From: Abditibacteriaceae bacterium
Lineage (GTDB): Bacteria > Armatimonadota > Abditibacteriia > Abditibacteriales > Abditibacteriaceae
Reading direction: 5' to 3'
Assembly: GCA_031372065.1 (NCBI GenBank)
Contig: JANMKN010000302.1
Location: forward strand, 1 to 17,768
Length of the DNA: 17,768 nucleotides
The notes beneath the pieces were generated by a model, which saw only the letters and a list, made by a program, of their open reading frames with translations, made no database searches and was not told the origin of the DNA. Positions within the stretch are counted from its first letter, which is position 1. The number at the start of each line of letters is the position of its first letter. This document shows positions 15,196 through 17,768 of this stretch, piece after piece. The position numbers and the translations under genes are program-made.

Positions 15196-16257
15196 TCACT
15201 CAATCAACATCGCGTCGCCGAACGAAAAAAACCGATATTTTTCGGCGACGGCGGTGCTGTAAGCATAGCGAATTTTTTCTAATCCGGCCAAAGCCGAAAT
15301 CATCGCCAAAAGCGACGAGCGCGGCAAATGAAAATTGGTCAGCAACGCGTCCACGACTTTAAATTGATAGCCTGGTGTGATGAAAATCTGCGTCGCGCCG
15401 ACTTGCGGATGCACCAAACCATTGGCATTGCCCACCGATTCCAAAACGCGCGCCGCCGTGGTGCCAACCGCAATCACGCGCCCGCCGCGCTGCCGTTGTT
15501 CAGCAATTAAGTGTGCCGTTTGCGGCGAAATTTCGAATTCTTCGGAGTGCATTTCGTGCGCTTCCAGAGTGTCGCTTTGAATCGGGCGAAAAGTGCCCAA
15601 TCCGATGCCCAAAGTGACGAACGCAAAGTGAATTCCGCGCACGCGTAAGGCATCCAAAATTTGCGGCGTAAAATGCAACCCGGCAGTCGGCGCGGCGGAT
15701 GAATCAAGCGGATTTTCGCCGCTTTCGCTGCGCGTTCGGGTGCGTGCATAAATAGTTTGATATTGTGCTTCATCGCGCGGCTTTTGATGAATGTAAGGTG
15801 GCAGCGGCACTTCGCCGAGTTGCGGCAAAAGCGCGCGAATATCTTCTTGCAAATCGAAGCGTAGCAGCCAGCCCGAAGCCGTGCGCGCTTCGGGTTTCGC
15901 TGCGACGCGCAAAGCATTATCGGGCGAAGCGAATTTGATTTCGCTGCCGACTTTCAAGCGTGCCGAAGGTTTGAGCAACGCTTCCCACAAATTGGTTTCC
16001 ACTTCACGCAAAAGCAACGCTTCCACGGCGCCGCCGGTTGGTTTGTGGCCGCGCAAACGCGCGCGAATAACGCGCGTGTCGTTGAAAACCAAAAGGTCAT
16101 CGGCGCGCAGTAAATCGGGCAATTCGTAAAAACGATGATGCGCCAAAGACTGCGAATCGCGCCGCACCACCATCAAACGCGAATGGTCGCGCGGCTCCGC
16201 CGGAGTTTGCGCGATGAGTTCAGGGGGCAAATAAAAATCGAGTTCAGAAACGAGCAT
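15196..16257 (-). CDS. queA: tRNA preQ1(34) S-adenosylmethionine ribosyltransferase-isomerase
   Basis: LPPELIAQ, VFNDTRVIRAR, PLPPYI, YQTIYA, AAPTAGLHF, GTFRP, AVGTT, TNFHLPRSSL, YRFFSFGDAMLI. Confidence 0.97.
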   Translation of the reverse strand: MLVSELDFYLPPELIAQTPAEPRDHSRLMVVRRDSQSLAHHRFYELPDLLRADDLLVFNDTRVIRARLRGHKPTGGAVEALLLREVETNLWEALLKPSARLKVGSEIKFASPDNALRVAAKPEARTASGWLLRFDLQEDIRALLPQLGEVPLPPYIHQKPRDEAQYQTIYARTRTRSESGENPLDSSAAPTAGLHFTPQILDALRVRGIHFAFVTLGIGLGTFRPIQSDTLEAHEMHSEEFEISPQTAHLIAEQRQRGGRVIAVGTTAARVLESVGNANGLVHPQVGATQIFITPGYQFKVVDALLTNFHLPRSSLLAMISALAGLEKIRYAYSTAVAEKYRFFSFGDAMLIE

Positions 16258-16278
16258 AGGCCAATAAATTATGTCCGC

Positions 16279-17670
16279 TTATTTAGCCACTTTGTCGTTA
16301 TTTTTCTCAGACTTTTCAGCAAAGCGCCCCTGATCGTCGGTTTCTTCCATCCACTTTGCCAAAACACCGCGCAAATGATTTAATGGAGCCGCATATTTGG
16401 GATCAGCGGCAAGATTATGAATTTGCCACGGGTCGTTTTGCATATCGTAAAGCTCTTCTTCCGGCTGGCGCGGCTGACATAAGAAATCTTGCGCGGGCGT
16501 GAGTTTGCCTTGCGCGTGCAATTCTTTCAGCAAATTCCACACGGGATATTGCATTTCCTTGTAATTATTGGGCGCCAAAAACGGCACTTCGGGCGTGAAG
16601 TTTTTGATGTAACGATAGCGCGCATCGCGCACGCTGCGAATCCGCATGGCGGTTTCATCGCAGCGGTCACGGGCGCCAAAAGCATATTCGCGCGGCGCTT
16701 CGGCGCGCTCGCCTAAAAAGAGGCGTCCTTGCATTTTCGCGGGTTTGGCGATGCCGAAAAAATCCAACGTCGTCGGCGTGAAATCAATGGCTTCAATAAA
16801 GCGATTCTCCACTTTGCCGGGCACAATTTGCGCGGGCGCCGGAAAGTTTTTCGGCCAGCGAATAATTAGCGGCACCAAAAAGCCTTCTTCGTAGCAAAAT
16901 TGCTTGGCACGCACATGAGCCGCGCCGTTGTCGCCGAAAAACATGATAATGGTGTTGTCGGCCAAGTCCTCTTTTTCGAGTTGCTCAAAAATCAAACCGA
17001 TTTTCCGATCTAATTCCGTCGCCGAATCGAGGTATTGCGCCCAATCTTTGCGTGTGATTTCGTGGTCGGGATAATACGGCGGAATTTCGACTTTGGACGG
17101 GTCGGCTTTGGCGGGCGAGTGAAACGTGCGATGCGTTTCTTGAAAATTTACCTGCGCGTAAAAGGGCTGATGTGTTTTTAAATCGGCCCATTTATTGGAG
17201 TCGAATAAATTGCCTTGGACATTGAAATTCCAATCGGTTTTGCCGGTGCCTTTAAAACCCATTCCGGCGGGCATTTGCACCACATTGGCGGTGAAAACTC
17301 CGGCTTCACGCAAGCGGTCGGGCAAAGTGCGAACGCCATCGGGCAATTGATAACCATCGTTGCGATGCGAGCGATGATGGTGCGCGCCAATGGTGGTTTG
17401 ATACATTCCTGTCATAAAGGCCGAGCGCGAAGGCGAACAAACCGGCGCCGTGGTGTAAGCGTGTGTGTAGCGCACACCTTCTTTCGCCATTTGGTCGAGG
17501 TGGGGCGTCCACACTTGCTTTGTGCCGTAGCAACCCAAATGCGGCCCCATATCTTCGGCGATAAGCCACAAAACATTGGGCTTTTTCGGCGTTTCGGCAG
17601 CGTGTGCAGGCAACATGAGTAGAGATGAAACGAAAAGCAGCAACCATTTTTCCATAAGATTTCTCAGCAT
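16279..17670 (-). CDS. Exported formylglycine-dependent (S1) sulfatase
   Basis: Signal peptide ending AHA, KPNVLWLIAEDM, CSPSRSAFMTG (CxPxR), FFGDNG, EELYD..DP..IHNLA. Start may be 17670 or 17655. Confidence 0.92.
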   Translation of the reverse strand: MLRNLMEKWLLLFVSSLLMLPAHAAETPKKPNVLWLIAEDMGPHLGCYGTKQVWTPHLDQMAKEGVRYTHAYTTAPVCSPSRSAFMTGMYQTTIGAHHHRSHRNDGYQLPDGVRTLPDRLREAGVFTANVVQMPAGMGFKGTGKTDWNFNVQGNLFDSNKWADLKTHQPFYAQVNFQETHRTFHSPAKADPSKVEIPPYYPDHEITRKDWAQYLDSATELDRKIGLIFEQLEKEDLADNTIIMFFGDNGAAHVRAKQFCYEEGFLVPLIIRWPKNFPAPAQIVPGKVENRFIEAIDFTPTTLDFFGIAKPAKMQGRLFLGERAEAPREYAFGARDRCDETAMRIRSVRDARYRYIKNFTPEVPFLAPNNYKEMQYPVWNLLKELHAQGKLTPAQDFLCQPRQPEEELYDMQNDPWQIHNLAADPKYAAPLNHLRGVLAKWMEETDDQGRFAEKSEKNNDKVAK

Positions 17671-17741
17671 CAGCCGGAGAGTGTAAATTATCGTCTAAAA
17701 TCGCGGGACAGGGCATTTTAGGCCCAAAATGGCGTTTTTTA

Positions 17742-17766
17742 ACCGATAACGAGTCTCGTTATCGGT
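17742..17766. repeat. Perfect 12-bp inverted repeat
   Basis: accgataacgag-t-ctcgttatcggt, about 70 nt upstream of the sulfatase start. Confidence 0.8.
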
Positions 17767-17768
17767 AA

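Overview
Bacterial chromosomal window of roughly mid-50s % GC by eye. A non-actinobacterial Dop and the general gene style suggest an Armatimonadota/Abditibacteriota-like organism, but this is inference only. Left block (minus strand): an exported WD40 protein, an orphan Dop-family deamidase/depupylase, and a long gene missing from the ORF track (<1..2243) that encodes a signal peptide, a degenerate trypsin-like domain and two cysteine-free C-type lectin domains. Middle block (plus strand): NAD-dependent epimerase, DAHP synthase, Bcp peroxiredoxin and a membrane-anchored thioredoxin. Accessory zone (~8900-10960): a minus-strand promoter, a 42-bp repeat array bracketed by inverted copies, a probable gene remnant and a terminator; then an AT-richer exported hypothetical gene; then a pair of small coiled-coil genes flanked by two near-identical terminator hairpins. 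Right block (minus strand): sulfatase, queA, BldC/MerR-like HTH, SAM methyltransferase, and a Tat-exported GH116 glycosidase with an inserted CBM-like domain. No rRNA, tRNA, CRISPR array, transposase or integrase was recognised.
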